From assembly GCA_963755795.1 (NCBI GenBank), contig CAVWLI010000017.1:25262-89261 (forward strand): a stretch of 64,000 bases of DNA, read 5' to 3'. A program made the position numbers and the translations under genes. Under the pieces are notes generated by a model. It ran no database searches and had not been told where the DNA came from. It saw only the letters and a program-made list of their open reading frames with translations. Every line of letters starts with the position of its first letter. The stretch's first letter is position 1. This DNA is from an uncultured Acidobacteriota bacterium. Lineage in GTDB: Bacteria > Acidobacteriota > Terriglobia > Terriglobales > Acidobacteriaceae. Below, one piece after another: positions 35,603-44,968 of the stretch.

Positions 35603-35805
35603 AATTCTTGAAGTTGCTTCTTCGGCAAGGTTGCGCGCACCGCTTCTCCTGGCCGCGCATCGGCGACAATGGGTGTCATTACCAGATCTGCCTGGCTTGC
35701 GGAACAGCTTACGAATACGACTGGGCGATAATGCGCCGCACGTCCCGGTTGCTCGTGCAGCCGTCCAACCCGAATTTGCGCAGCGCACGAATTGCACAGG
35801 TGTAG
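35599..35805 (+). CDS. Small Cys/His-rich (zinc-ribbon-like) protein
   Basis: The GTG start overlaps the REC gene stop (GTGA). Sequence CAHRFSWP...GCHYQICLACGTAYEYDW. The call is supported only by coupling and the Cys pattern. Confidence 0.4.
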   Translation: MKFLKLLLRQGCAHRFSWPRIGDNGCHYQICLACGTAYEYDWAIMRRTSRLLVQPSNPNLRSARIAQV

Positions 35806-35869
35806 TCTTTCGCGCGAATCCTGGGTGAATTGTGGCTTGCTGCGCCAAGCGAAACATTGGAAATATGTC

Positions 35870-36283
35870 ATGACTCATTTTCTTCAGCGCCGGCCGCTTA
35901 GACGAGCCCCGCGCGCGAGTCTTCGTGGGACCATCTCGGCTGTGGTTCGGTTGGAGAACGGACGACAGGTGCGCGCCAAGCTGCGGCAACTCTCCATCTC
36001 GGGGGGATTGTTGGACCTTGCGACTTGCCTGGAAGAGCGCGCCTGGGTGGAGCTGACCATTTATCTAAGTTCCGGTGCAGTGCGGACCACCGCCGAGATG
36101 ATGTTTCCCATGCGAGGCGAGGGCGAGGGAGGCTTTCTGCAGCCGTTTCGGTTTACCGACGTGGGCACGGAAGAACTCCACGCACTCGATCGGGAAGTAA
36201 CCGGGCTGCTGCAGCAATCCCTGAGGGCAAAAAGCGGCGAGCCCGGCTTGCGGGCTCCGCGCTACTACCTGGAAACGTGGTGA
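35870..36283 (+). CDS. PilZ-like c-di-GMP-binding domain protein
   Basis: ORF 35792..36283 with the ATG at 35870. It has RRAPR (RxxxR) followed ~28 aa later by QLSISGGLL ((D/N)xSxxG-like). Confidence 0.55.
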   Translation: MTHFLQRRPLRRAPRASLRGTISAVVRLENGRQVRAKLRQLSISGGLLDLATCLEERAWVELTIYLSSGAVRTTAEMMFPMRGEGEGGFLQPFRFTDVGTEELHALDREVTGLLQQSLRAKSGEPGLRAPRYYLETW

Positions 36284-36451
36284 GTTGGCAGCAGCCGATT
36301 GATTGGCGCCGTCGCACAACCTGAAGCTCGACCTGCGGTCAGGAGAACTGAGAATATGGTGATTCCCAGGAGGGAATCTTGTAAACGACGGAGTCGTATT
36401 TTGGATTCGTGCGGTTGCCTATGGGTCATAAGAGTCAGGAGGCGAGATTGA

Positions 36452-37204
36452 ATGACAGCGGTTCGGACGACGGTGGGCGCGATTCTCCTCTTACTTCTAC
36501 CATGTGCGCAAGCTCAGACCATCACCTGGGCGGGACACGACTGGAAGGTCACCAGCGGCGGAATGGCGGGCGTCGCGCACGGCGATCCCGCGAACGTGAT
36601 CATCGATGCCGACCAACATCTTCATCTCCAGATTATCCGGCACGATGGAAAATGGACGGCCTCCGAGGTATTCACGACGGACCGGATGGGCTTCGGAACT
36701 TATCAGTGGGTGGTCGAGGGCGGCGTCTACGACATGGACCCGACGACGGTGCTCGGCCTGTTCACCTACGGTCCCACACACCACATTGGCATAGACGCGG
36801 AGAATGAAATCGACATCGAATTTTCTCAGTGGAACAACACGTGTAAGGGTTGCAACGCTGACTTCACAGTCTATCCTTCGACCGGAAACCGCAAGCCAAA
36901 CGGCGTTTCAGCCTGGGAGGACAACTTCCGCGTGAGCGGCGACAACATCACCACGGCGCGCATGGAATGGAGTTCGGATCACATCGTGTTCACACTCATG
37001 CAAGGCGTCCACCCCATTGGAATCGTGGCTGACGTCATCAAGACTGAAACCTACTCGTCCAATTCGGCCAACATCCCGCAAGTCGCTTCGCCGGTGGGCA
37101 TCAATCTGTGGTGTTTCAGGCAGACGCCTGCGAAACATCAGTCGGTGGTGATTCGCGACTTCCAGTTCCTTCGGGCGGCTGGCGGCTCATCAGGCAAGCA
37201 GTGA
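36452..37204 (+). CDS. Secreted glycoside hydrolase family 16-like (concanavalin-like glucanase)
   Basis: AGGAGG RBS. Signal peptide TVGAILLLLLPCAQAQ. Catalytic-type motif ENEIDIEF (ExDxE). Confidence 0.75.
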   Translation: MTAVRTTVGAILLLLLPCAQAQTITWAGHDWKVTSGGMAGVAHGDPANVIIDADQHLHLQIIRHDGKWTASEVFTTDRMGFGTYQWVVEGGVYDMDPTTVLGLFTYGPTHHIGIDAENEIDIEFSQWNNTCKGCNADFTVYPSTGNRKPNGVSAWEDNFRVSGDNITTARMEWSSDHIVFTLMQGVHPIGIVADVIKTETYSSNSANIPQVASPVGINLWCFRQTPAKHQSVVIRDFQFLRAAGGSSGKQ

Positions 37205-38176
37205 TATTTGACCGCCGGGCGCGGGATCGCCATCTTTCATGGGGTCGGCGAATCTTCTTAGCTCGGGGTATTTCTCGATCAGCGTGGGCGGGGCGTGGAC
37301 GCGCTTGCCCGTAACCATGGCTTTCAACTCCAGCGCGTTGACTCCAGCCTTGCTTTCGAAGTGGTTGTTGGTGATGACGTAGGTGGTCTGGGCGCGCTCG
37401 GCAACGCTTTCGATACGGGCTTTCCAGCCCGCGAGTTCCCTTTCGTTGTAGAGATAGTTGTAGCGGTCGTTGCGATTATCGGAATCGGGCCCTTTATCGA
37501 CAAACCAGTCGCTGTAGTTGCGGCCGTGCAGGCGCACGTAGGCGAGGGGCGCGGTGACGTGTTCGGTGGGGGCGAGCGAGTTGCCAAGGACGGGTTGATC
37601 GATGTTGCAGAAGGCGACATTCTTCTGCGCGAAAGCCGCGAGGGTTTCGGGGTTGTTCCAACTGGAGTCGCGCACTTCGACGGCGCGCGGGTATTCGATG
37701 AACTGACGTAGTAGGCGGTCGAGATATTCGCGGTTGAGCGAAGTGTTTTTGAACGAGACGGGAAACTGGATGAGCAGCGCGCCGAGTCGGCCTTCGGTGG
37801 CGAGAACATCCAGGCCCTCGCGGGTGCGGGCTTCGTCTTCGTCAGTGGGGCGAATGGTGGCGGCGGAAGTGGGCTCCATGACCGCGAGCGGGGAGTGGGT
37901 GAAGGCGCGATAGAGCTTGGCGGTGAAGAGGAATCCGGGATTGACGGCTTCGACTCTGCGGCACCAGAGCTTGGCCAGTTCCGGCTTCAGCGGTCCGTAA
38001 AAAGACGTGTTGATTTCGGTGGTATCGAAGAAGCGCGCAAGATATTCCAGGGGATGCAGCTTGCGGCGGCGCATGCCGGGGGGATAGAAGATGCCGTCCC
38101 AGTCTTTGTACGACCAGCCGGCGGTGCCGATGCGGACCTGGCGCGGGTGAGTGTGTGTTTGTGCCGTGGATTCCAT
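37190..38176 (-). CDS. DUF72 (UPF0759) family protein
   Basis: ORF 37190..38266 with a likely ATG at 38176 (MESTAQTHTHPRQVRIGTAGWSYKDWDGIFYP, the family hallmark). Its 3' end overlaps the GH16 gene by 15 nt in convergent orientation. Confidence 0.85.
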   Translation of the reverse strand: MESTAQTHTHPRQVRIGTAGWSYKDWDGIFYPPGMRRRKLHPLEYLARFFDTTEINTSFYGPLKPELAKLWCRRVEAVNPGFLFTAKLYRAFTHSPLAVMEPTSAATIRPTDEDEARTREGLDVLATEGRLGALLIQFPVSFKNTSLNREYLDRLLRQFIEYPRAVEVRDSSWNNPETLAAFAQKNVAFCNIDQPVLGNSLAPTEHVTAPLAYVRLHGRNYSDWFVDKGPDSDNRNDRYNYLYNERELAGWKARIESVAERAQTTYVITNNHFESKAGVNALELKAMVTGKRVHAPPTLIEKYPELRRFADPMKDGDPAPGGQISLLA

Positions 38177-38220
38177 GGATGGAACCGCAGACGAGGGCAG
38201 GGCAAGAGTAGCACAGAGCA

Positions 38221-38255
38221 GTTCTCGGTTCTCAGTTCTCAGTTCTCGGTTTCCA
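38221..38255. repeat. Heptanucleotide tandem repeat GTTCTC(G/A) x4 plus a degenerate fifth unit
   Basis: gttctcg gttctca gttctca gttctcg gtttcca read directly. It lies between the preferred DUF72 start (38176) and the stop of the upstream gene (38270). Confidence 0.95.
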
Positions 38256-38269
38256 GTCCGGTTCATCGG

Positions 38270-39622
38270 TTACGGCGTCGTTCCCGGTGCGGGAGTGCTT
38301 TGCGCCGATAAGGCTTGATTCAGCTGGCTGGCCAGCTGCGCGGTTTGTTCGTTGGAGAGTTCGATGCGGCCTTCGAGTACGACGATCAGGCCGCCCACGC
38401 CCTGGTCCTGGAACTTGGCGGTTTGGAGGGTGGCGGAGTTCTGGATCGCGGGCGGAAGGGCGATCTTAAAATCGGATGCGGTGTGCGCTGCCGACTGAAC
38501 CGATTGGGCGACCTGATCGCGTAAATCGTCTCCCAGCGAACCGGAGCGCAGGGCTTCGCCGAACATGCCGCTGGCATCGATGCGGGTGAAGGCGGCCGAT
38601 ACTCTCAGCGTGTTCGGTGGGTCCAGTGTGGTGGTGAGCTTGAACTCGGCTTTGCCGTCGCCTTCCGCGAGTTCGGTCGCGGTTCGCGGCCCGCCGGTGC
38701 AGATCCAACGTTCGTAGTGCAACCACATCGTGAGAACGCTCGCGGGAGCCGATGGTGTTAGGCTCGCCTGGCGAACGGCGACGTGCTCCCCGCAGGGGGC
38801 AGACGTTTCGAGTTTAGCTCGCATGAGGTCGGTGATGTTCTGCTGCATTTGAGAGAGATCGGCGACCAGTTCGAGTTGAAACGTGCGCTGGCCGCCCTGG
38901 GCCGCGATCTGCGAAAGCGCGCCCGAAACGGCGACTGGAACGGTTTGACGGCCAATGCTGGCCATGCTCTTCACCCGAGGAAGAGTGAAGGCCACATCCT
39001 GGGCGTTGGCCAAGGTGATGCTCATTTCCCGGCCGAGCGCGAGTTGCTGGTTAAAGAAATCGGCGAGCGCCTTGTCGACAGACTCGGCGTGCGCGGCGAG
39101 ATCGGGGGCGGGAGCCTTGAGGTCGAAACTTTGATCCAACTTCTTTTCTTCCTGCTCAAGGTCGGAGTCGGATTTGGCCAGCCGCTTAGCAACCTCTTTC
39201 AGTCCGGATTTCTGGGCCTCAGAGAATCCTTCCTGGAATTTCCTGGTGCGGTTGCGGGTGTCTTCGAGGGTGGGGTTGAGCGAGTTGCGAGGGGCGGAAT
39301 CCGCGGCAGCGTTTTGATTGCGAAGTTGCTGGAGCAGCGATTGCACTTGAGATTGCGCCGCCTGAGTATTTTTCACCAGCGCCTGAAACTCGGCAACTTG
39401 CTGGCTGGTGGCCTGCACGGCGAGAACCTGGTGAAAGTCTTTTAAAGTGTCCCCTTCGTCGACTCCGGTCGGGCGATTGGAACCGGAAACACTGCCGTTA
39501 ATTCCGCCACCAACGCTGGTACCTCCCCCGTGGCGCTGGGCGGCGGCCGCGGCCGGATAGGCCAGAGCGCATCCGAGAATTACGATGTTGATGGCCGAGA
39601 AGGAAATCCCACTTCGAAGCAT
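38270..39622 (-). CDS. Hypothetical secreted protein (Q/A-rich helical N-half, globular C-half)
   Basis: ORF 38270..39691 with a likely ATG at 39622 (MLRSGISFSAINIVILGCALAYPAAAAAQ). No family recognised. Confidence 0.65.
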   Translation of the reverse strand: MLRSGISFSAINIVILGCALAYPAAAAAQRHGGGTSVGGGINGSVSGSNRPTGVDEGDTLKDFHQVLAVQATSQQVAEFQALVKNTQAAQSQVQSLLQQLRNQNAAADSAPRNSLNPTLEDTRNRTRKFQEGFSEAQKSGLKEVAKRLAKSDSDLEQEEKKLDQSFDLKAPAPDLAAHAESVDKALADFFNQQLALGREMSITLANAQDVAFTLPRVKSMASIGRQTVPVAVSGALSQIAAQGGQRTFQLELVADLSQMQQNITDLMRAKLETSAPCGEHVAVRQASLTPSAPASVLTMWLHYERWICTGGPRTATELAEGDGKAEFKLTTTLDPPNTLRVSAAFTRIDASGMFGEALRSGSLGDDLRDQVAQSVQSAAHTASDFKIALPPAIQNSATLQTAKFQDQGVGGLIVVLEGRIELSNEQTAQLASQLNQALSAQSTPAPGTTP

Positions 39623-39978
39623 GACGAGAAAATCTCCAGACAGATAAGCTGTAGGGATTCTAGCGAATCGGCCAGTATGGAAGGAACCCAAGGGCGCGCG
39701 TCAATCGGGCCAAAACTGGCGACCTGACCGAACTGGCGACGTAATCTAGCTTGGGGCAGACGGGGGAAAAAAGCCAGTTATTTTACAGTTCTTTGCAAAC
39801 ACGGAGCGGAGTTTTGTCGGTTGTAGTGGCGCGGAGAAGGACTTCACCTGGCGGACCCGCTGCTTTATCCGACGGCGAACAGCAGGTTCCTCCACTGCGC
39901 CGTCGCTTTCGCTCCGGCTCCGGTCGGAATGACAGAGCTATTTTTTTGATGTCGAGAAGATCGCAGACGGACTGGGGC

Positions 39979-40905
39979 TCACTCCAGTGAGAGGACGACC
40001 CAATAGACGCCGGTGGGGTAGGTTTCGGTGCGGCTGTAGCAGGCGCCGACAGAGAAGCTGTGGAGGTTGCGGCTGGTGATGGCGTGGTTGCTTCCGGTGG
40101 GGAGGGTTTCGGGATGGAGGCTGGTGTAGGTGAGAACCGTGGCATGTTCCGCGAGTTTATGAACGGGGGAGGTTCCGAGCTTGTCAGCTTCGGCCATGGA
40201 GCAGGCGGATTGGTCGGCCACGAGTAAATCGCGGCGCGGCAGATCCGCTTGTCCGTTCTGGCGGCGCGTCTGGCTTACGGCTTGCGCGATACGGTCTTTC
40301 ACCTCGGCGGGGGAATAGTTGGGGAGGGCGTGGCCGAAGTCCTGCACAATGTAGAGCCGGTCTCCGCTGCGAACCACGCCCAGGCCGACCACGTTATAGG
40401 CGGGGTTGAGCAGGTTGGCGCGATGTGGCGGGGAGAGCATGAGATGTTCGTGGCCGTGGGCGGCGTCGTAGTCGAGCGCGACGTTTTCTCCCTCCTGATC
40501 GAGTTGGAGTTTCGTTGTGGCTGCCAGGCGTACAGGCAGCGAGGGCTCGCCGTCAAATTGATGGGAGAGTTGATGCGCCTGAAGCATGGCTCGGGCGTGC
40601 TTGCGAGCGGCTTGCGCGAGTCCGGCGTCGAGCGCGAGGGGCGGCGCTCCGGCTTGACGGCGCGACTGGTTGGCTAAGGCGAGAAGCTGGTCTTCGCTCT
40701 GAAACTCGAAATCTTTGCTACGAAGCTCGTAATCGGTAAACGGGATGTCAGCGGCTTTCGCGGCGGCGGGCTGCAGAGTGGCTTTCTGGGATGGTTGGGC
40801 GGCAGTCCCGGGGGCGGCTTGGGCCATCAGGCGGTTTGCTGGCTCTATGGTCGTGGCGCCTGGTAGCAGCAGGAACGCCAACAATAGTCGGGTAGCTCTA
40901 TGCAT
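39979..40905 (-). CDS. Secreted CAP/SCP/PR-1-like domain protein (YkwD-like)
   Basis: Signal peptide MHRATRLLLAFLLLPGA. The CAP-type core is LALANQSRRQAGAPPLALDAGLAQAARKHARAM...SHQ...GENVA...HLMLSPPHRANLLNPAYNVVGLGV. Confidence 0.8.
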   Translation of the reverse strand: MHRATRLLLAFLLLPGATTIEPANRLMAQAAPGTAAQPSQKATLQPAAAKAADIPFTDYELRSKDFEFQSEDQLLALANQSRRQAGAPPLALDAGLAQAARKHARAMLQAHQLSHQFDGEPSLPVRLAATTKLQLDQEGENVALDYDAAHGHEHLMLSPPHRANLLNPAYNVVGLGVVRSGDRLYIVQDFGHALPNYSPAEVKDRIAQAVSQTRRQNGQADLPRRDLLVADQSACSMAEADKLGTSPVHKLAEHATVLTYTSLHPETLPTGSNHAITSRNLHSFSVGACYSRTETYPTGVYWVVLSLE

Positions 40906-41052
40906 CCAGTTTGGGCACCCAAGTTCGCCCCACGCAACGAGATCCTGGGAGGGATCTGTTCACTCGAGCCGCCTCCGACTCAAGTTCGTCTCGGCGCAAA
41001 CTTTGTTGCTGGTGCTAGGCTAGGGGTTGGAAGAAAGGTCGAGTAGTTACTT

Positions 41053-42480
41053 GTGACTATTGAACTAGGGATCAGTGGGGTCATTGGCCTGTTGTTTGGC
41101 AGCTTGCTTGCTTGGCTGGCGCTGCGTTCGCGCACGGCTGCGCTGCAGGAGCGCTTGTCCTTGACGGAGAAGGAATTAGCGGCCGAGAAGGCTGATCTGG
41201 CGCGGCTTTTGGAGGATCAGCGGGGCTTGGTGGAGAGCCGGGCGCGGTTCGAATCGGCTCTGGAATCGGAACGAAAGACCAGCAACGAAAAGATCGAATT
41301 TTTGACAAAAAGCAGTGAGCGCGCCGCCGCGGACTTGCAAAATGCCTTCAAGGCACTGGCTGGCGATGCGCTTCAGAGCAACAGTGCGTTGTTTCTGGAC
41401 ATCGCAGAGCAGAAATTGAAACGCTTTCAGAGCGAGGCTCAGGGCGATCTCGATGCCCGGCAGAAGGCGGTCGCCGATCTGGTGACGCCGGTGCGCGAGT
41501 CACTGAGCAAAGTAGACGCGCAGATTCAGCGGATGGAAATTGCGCGCGGCGAGGCTTACGGCGATCTGAAGGCGCAGGTGCAGTCGCTCATCAGCACGCA
41601 AAAAGAGTTGCAATCGGAGACTGGGAACTTGGTGCGCGCGTTGCGCACGCCAAATGTGCGCGGGCGCTGGGGAGAAATTCAGTTGCGGCGGGTGGTTGAG
41701 ATTGCAGGGATGCTTCCCTATTGCGATTTTGCCGAGCAGGAAACCGTAATCGGCGAAAGCGGGCGACTGCGGCCGGATCTGGTGGTGAAGTTGCCTGGCG
41801 GCAAGAATGTTGTGGTCGATGCCAAGACGCCGCTGCAGGCGTTTCTGGATGCCTTCGAAACTACCGACGAAGAGGCGCGTCGCGTCTGCCTGGCCAATCA
41901 TGCGCGGCAAGTACGCGACCACATGAAGACGCTGAGCGGCAAGAATTATTGGGAGCAATTCGAGGCCACGCCCGAATTTGTGGTGATGTTTCTGCCCGGA
42001 GAAACATTTTTCAGCGCGGCGCTGGAGCAGGATCCTACGCTCATTGAGCAGGGCGTGCTGCAGCGGGTGATTCCGGCTTCGCCCACAACTTTGATCGCGC
42101 TGCTGAAGGCCGTTGCCTACGGATGGAACCAGGAAAAGCTGGCGCGTAACGCGCAGCAGATCAGCGCCCTGGGAAAAGAACTGCACGAGCGGCTGCGAAA
42201 ACTTGCGGGACACATTACGGGAGTAGGAACGAATCTGGATCGCGCGGTCGAAGCGTATAACCAAGCAGTGGGGTCGCTGGAAAACCGCGTGCTGGTTTCG
42301 GCGCGCAAGTTCACCGAATTGGGAGCGTCGGTGGCGGAAGACATTCCGGAACTGGAGCCGATTGAGACGACGGCGCGGGCGCTGTCGTTTGAGTGGGACG
42401 ATGAGCCGATCCTCGATGTTCCCAAGCCTGATGTTCCCAAGCTGGAAGTTCCTAAGAAGGACGAGCGGAAGGCGGGTTAG
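41053..42480 (+). CDS. rmuC: DNA recombination protein RmuC
   Basis: GTG start. An N-terminal TM segment and coiled coil are followed by the RmuC nuclease-like core WGEIQLRRVVEIAGMLPYCDF...VVDAKTPLQAF...FVVMFLPGE. Confidence 0.9.
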   Translation: MTIELGISGVIGLLFGSLLAWLALRSRTAALQERLSLTEKELAAEKADLARLLEDQRGLVESRARFESALESERKTSNEKIEFLTKSSERAAADLQNAFKALAGDALQSNSALFLDIAEQKLKRFQSEAQGDLDARQKAVADLVTPVRESLSKVDAQIQRMEIARGEAYGDLKAQVQSLISTQKELQSETGNLVRALRTPNVRGRWGEIQLRRVVEIAGMLPYCDFAEQETVIGESGRLRPDLVVKLPGGKNVVVDAKTPLQAFLDAFETTDEEARRVCLANHARQVRDHMKTLSGKNYWEQFEATPEFVVMFLPGETFFSAALEQDPTLIEQGVLQRVIPASPTTLIALLKAVAYGWNQEKLARNAQQISALGKELHERLRKLAGHITGVGTNLDRAVEAYNQAVGSLENRVLVSARKFTELGASVAEDIPELEPIETTARALSFEWDDEPILDVPKPDVPKLEVPKKDERKAG

Positions 42481-42536
42481 GGTCGAGCGGGGCTAGATCC
42501 GAAGACCGCTGAAGTCCGGGTCGATCCAGATCAAAC

Positions 42537-42571
42537 GCCCCATTTCTCGCAAAGGACGCGAGAAATGGGGC
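42537..42571. terminator. Perfect 14-bp hairpin (GCCCCATTTCTCGC-aaaggac-GCGAGAAATGGGGC) between convergent rmuC and lactonase genes
   Basis: Read directly and positioned from ORFs 42565 and 42604. There are no long T-tracts, so it may be a REP-type element acting as a bidirectional terminator. Confidence 0.55.
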
Positions 42572-42603
42572 ACCCGAATCGCTGGCGAATTTTTCAAGTC
42601 GCC

Positions 42604-43734
42604 TTAGAATGCGGCGATTCCGTTGAAGCCGGCCGAGGCAGACAACCCGTCCACATCGCCCAGGCTGGTAAGCGTGCCATCCTCATCGACGCCAAGGATG
42701 CTGACTGTTCCCGTGCCGGAATTCAGCGTGAACAGGAACTTGCCATCGGCGCTGAGGGCGAGGTCGATATTTGTGCTCCCCGTTGGGTTGGTTCCTGCGA
42801 TTGTCCCGGGCAGGGCGGTCAGAGTTCCGTTTGATCCGATGGCGAAGCCGGAAATCGTGGCGCTACCGGCATTCGACGTGTAAACGAAGCGGCCGTCGGG
42901 TGTGATGACATGCCAGCAGGTTGCCGCGCCCAGGGTTGGCAGGCTCGTGCTGATGGCTGAAAGACTGCCGTTGGCTTCGACCCAATAAGACGAGACCGCG
43001 GAAGCGTCGGTCGCTCCGGCGGGGCCGGTTTCAATGGCGATTGCCGATCCGTTGGGAGCAAACAGCACGGCGAACAGCCCCGGGCCAGCGCTTGAGTTGA
43101 CTACGATTGGGGCCAAGGTACCGTTGATCTGCACGTGGAAGGCGTCGATTTTGTTGGTTAGCTTTTCGGTCGCCAGAAGGAACTGGCCGTCAGGACTAAA
43201 GGCCAACGACGAGGCTCCCGAATTGCCGGTGCTCAGATAAGCTGTGGAATCGTCAATGTGCTTGAGCGTTCCGTCCTTGTGCAGGTAAAAGCCCTGCAGA
43301 TTGCTCGATCCGCCGGCGTTGACTACGTATACAAGGTTTCCGTGCTGGGCTACTGCGACCGGTTCACTGCCACCACACGGGACTTTTCCCACGAGGGCAA
43401 GATATGCGCCCTGAACTCGAAACACCGAGATGTCGCCGCTGCCGGCGTTCACCGCAAAAAGCAATGAGTGATCTTGGCTGAGGGTGAGCGATCCCTGCGA
43501 AGCCAAGGGATCGGTGACGCCGCCGCTGCCACGACCTTCCGTGCGAAAAGTCCTGCGCTCCTGTAACGATCCATCCGTACCTCGTGTGTAAGTGATGATT
43601 TCGTTGTGGTCGGCTGCATTGGTCATGACGAAGACTGCGCCGGCGGCGCTGCCGGTTTGGGCGTGGCTACGGGCTGGCAACAGTGCGCTCATTGCCAACA
43701 CTGCGGGAAGTAGGAGGTGCGACGTCTTGAACAT
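42604..43734 (-). CDS. Secreted seven-bladed beta-propeller lactonase-family protein
   Basis: ORF 42604..43791 with the ATG at 43734 (MFKTSHLLLPAVLAMSALLPARSHA). It shows the repeating pattern of the 3-carboxymuconate-cycloisomerase/6-PGL-like lactonase fold (VFVMTNAADHNEIITY..., LVYVVNAGGSSNLQGF..., FSPDGQFLLATE..., FVYTSNAGSATISGF..., FLFTLNSGTGTVSIL). Confidence 0.7.
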   Translation of the reverse strand: MFKTSHLLLPAVLAMSALLPARSHAQTGSAAGAVFVMTNAADHNEIITYTRGTDGSLQERRTFRTEGRGSGGVTDPLASQGSLTLSQDHSLLFAVNAGSGDISVFRVQGAYLALVGKVPCGGSEPVAVAQHGNLVYVVNAGGSSNLQGFYLHKDGTLKHIDDSTAYLSTGNSGASSLAFSPDGQFLLATEKLTNKIDAFHVQINGTLAPIVVNSSAGPGLFAVLFAPNGSAIAIETGPAGATDASAVSSYWVEANGSLSAISTSLPTLGAATCWHVITPDGRFVYTSNAGSATISGFAIGSNGTLTALPGTIAGTNPTGSTNIDLALSADGKFLFTLNSGTGTVSILGVDEDGTLTSLGDVDGLSASAGFNGIAAF

Positions 43735-43937
43735 GGGAAAGCTCCTTAGATTTGACGAGGATCGACTTGACGATTTGGCGCAACTACTCATCGCGGGCGA
43801 CGGTATGAGCGGTGACCGTCGTTGCGCCGGGAGGTCAGTCGCGCGTTGATCAGAGCTTTCGGTCAGGAAAAAGTTTCATGGTGCGGAAGAATAATGGCGC
43901 GGAAAATATTGGAGTACGACAAGCGGAGAATGGCGAG

Positions 43938-44648
43938 CTACTTGGTCAGAGAATTCGCTTTCATGAACTTCCAGGCATCGGCATTGATCTCGTCCGACTT
44001 GGCATAATAATTGTGATCATGGTTCACGAATTCCACATAGTGAACCGGAAATCCCGACTTAACCAGAAGGTCGCGGGTCTTGAGCACGCTCTGAACGGAA
44101 AAGAACTGATCGTGATCTCCGATGTAGATTGCGATGGGCGTCTTGCGCTGAGCCCGGGCTACGATGCCGGTATATTCGTCGGCAATGCGGTTGGCATGGA
44201 CCGCGACCGCTGCAAAGTACTGCGATTCGAACATGGCGGCGTCGAAGGCGAGATAACCCCCCATGGAGTTCCCAAACAGATAGACGCGCTGGGGGTCGAT
44301 GCCGACCAACTGCTTGGCGTTCTCGACCACGCAGCGGAAAACGCCGGGCGCCACATCTTCGAACTTGGGGTCAAGCGGCAGTTGCGGAGCGAGGAGGACG
44401 ATCTGCTGCTTTTCCGCAAGCCGCTCCCAGGCATCCACCATGTTCGCCGCCTTGTCGCCCGCACCGTGGAGCAGCAGCACTGCCGGCAGCTTGAGGCTCT
44501 TGTCGGGAGTCGAGTAGAGGTAAACCTGGTCCACATTGCCGCAACGGACTTTGCTGGAATTCACGGCCGCAGCATTGGCAGCTGGAAGGACCATAACAAC
44601 GAAAAACGCCAGTATGCTTGCGTGAGTCGTAGTTGTGGCCTTAATCAT
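43938..44648 (-). CDS. Secreted alpha/beta hydrolase (esterase/PHB-depolymerase-like)
   Basis: ORF 43938..44726. The ATG at 44648 is preceded by AAGGAAG. Motifs LLLHGAGD, nucleophile elbow GNSMGG, and C-terminal HDH. Confidence 0.8.
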   Translation of the reverse strand: MIKATTTTHASILAFFVVMVLPAANAAAVNSSKVRCGNVDQVYLYSTPDKSLKLPAVLLLHGAGDKAANMVDAWERLAEKQQIVLLAPQLPLDPKFEDVAPGVFRCVVENAKQLVGIDPQRVYLFGNSMGGYLAFDAAMFESQYFAAVAVHANRIADEYTGIVARAQRKTPIAIYIGDHDQFFSVQSVLKTRDLLVKSGFPVHYVEFVNHDHNYYAKSDEINADAWKFMKANSLTK

Positions 44649-44968
44649 TGGGACTTCCTTAGTCCTTTCAACATCCCGTAGCGGCCTCTTCGTCATCATA
44701 TTCCCACGCGGGGGTGAATCCTTCAAACGAGCGAGGTGCGCTTAAGCCTAAGAATCGCAAGGGGAAACTAATACGGAATCTCACAGAAACATCCATAAAT
44801 ACATAGTTGGCGTTCGAAAATGCATCTATAATTTCGGAAGTGGTTTTAGATAATGGACTTAGCCTTCCGGGAATGGGAACTGACGTGGCAGCGAAGTTGC
44901 TCATAAAGGATCGGTGGGACACGTCTGCCACGGCGCCAAGGCCAAGTGGAGAGACGCTGCCGAAGCCC

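Noticed and set aside
39871-39947. Hairpin CGACGGCG...CGCCGTCG followed by GCTCCGGCTCCGGTCGGAATGACAGAGC and a T7 run, in the gap upstream of 39622 and downstream of the CAP gene
   Set aside because: The stem is short with a 19-nt loop, and the T-run is on the wrong strand for the CAP gene terminator. It resembles a degenerate REP-type sequence, but with one copy in the window I could not support a call.
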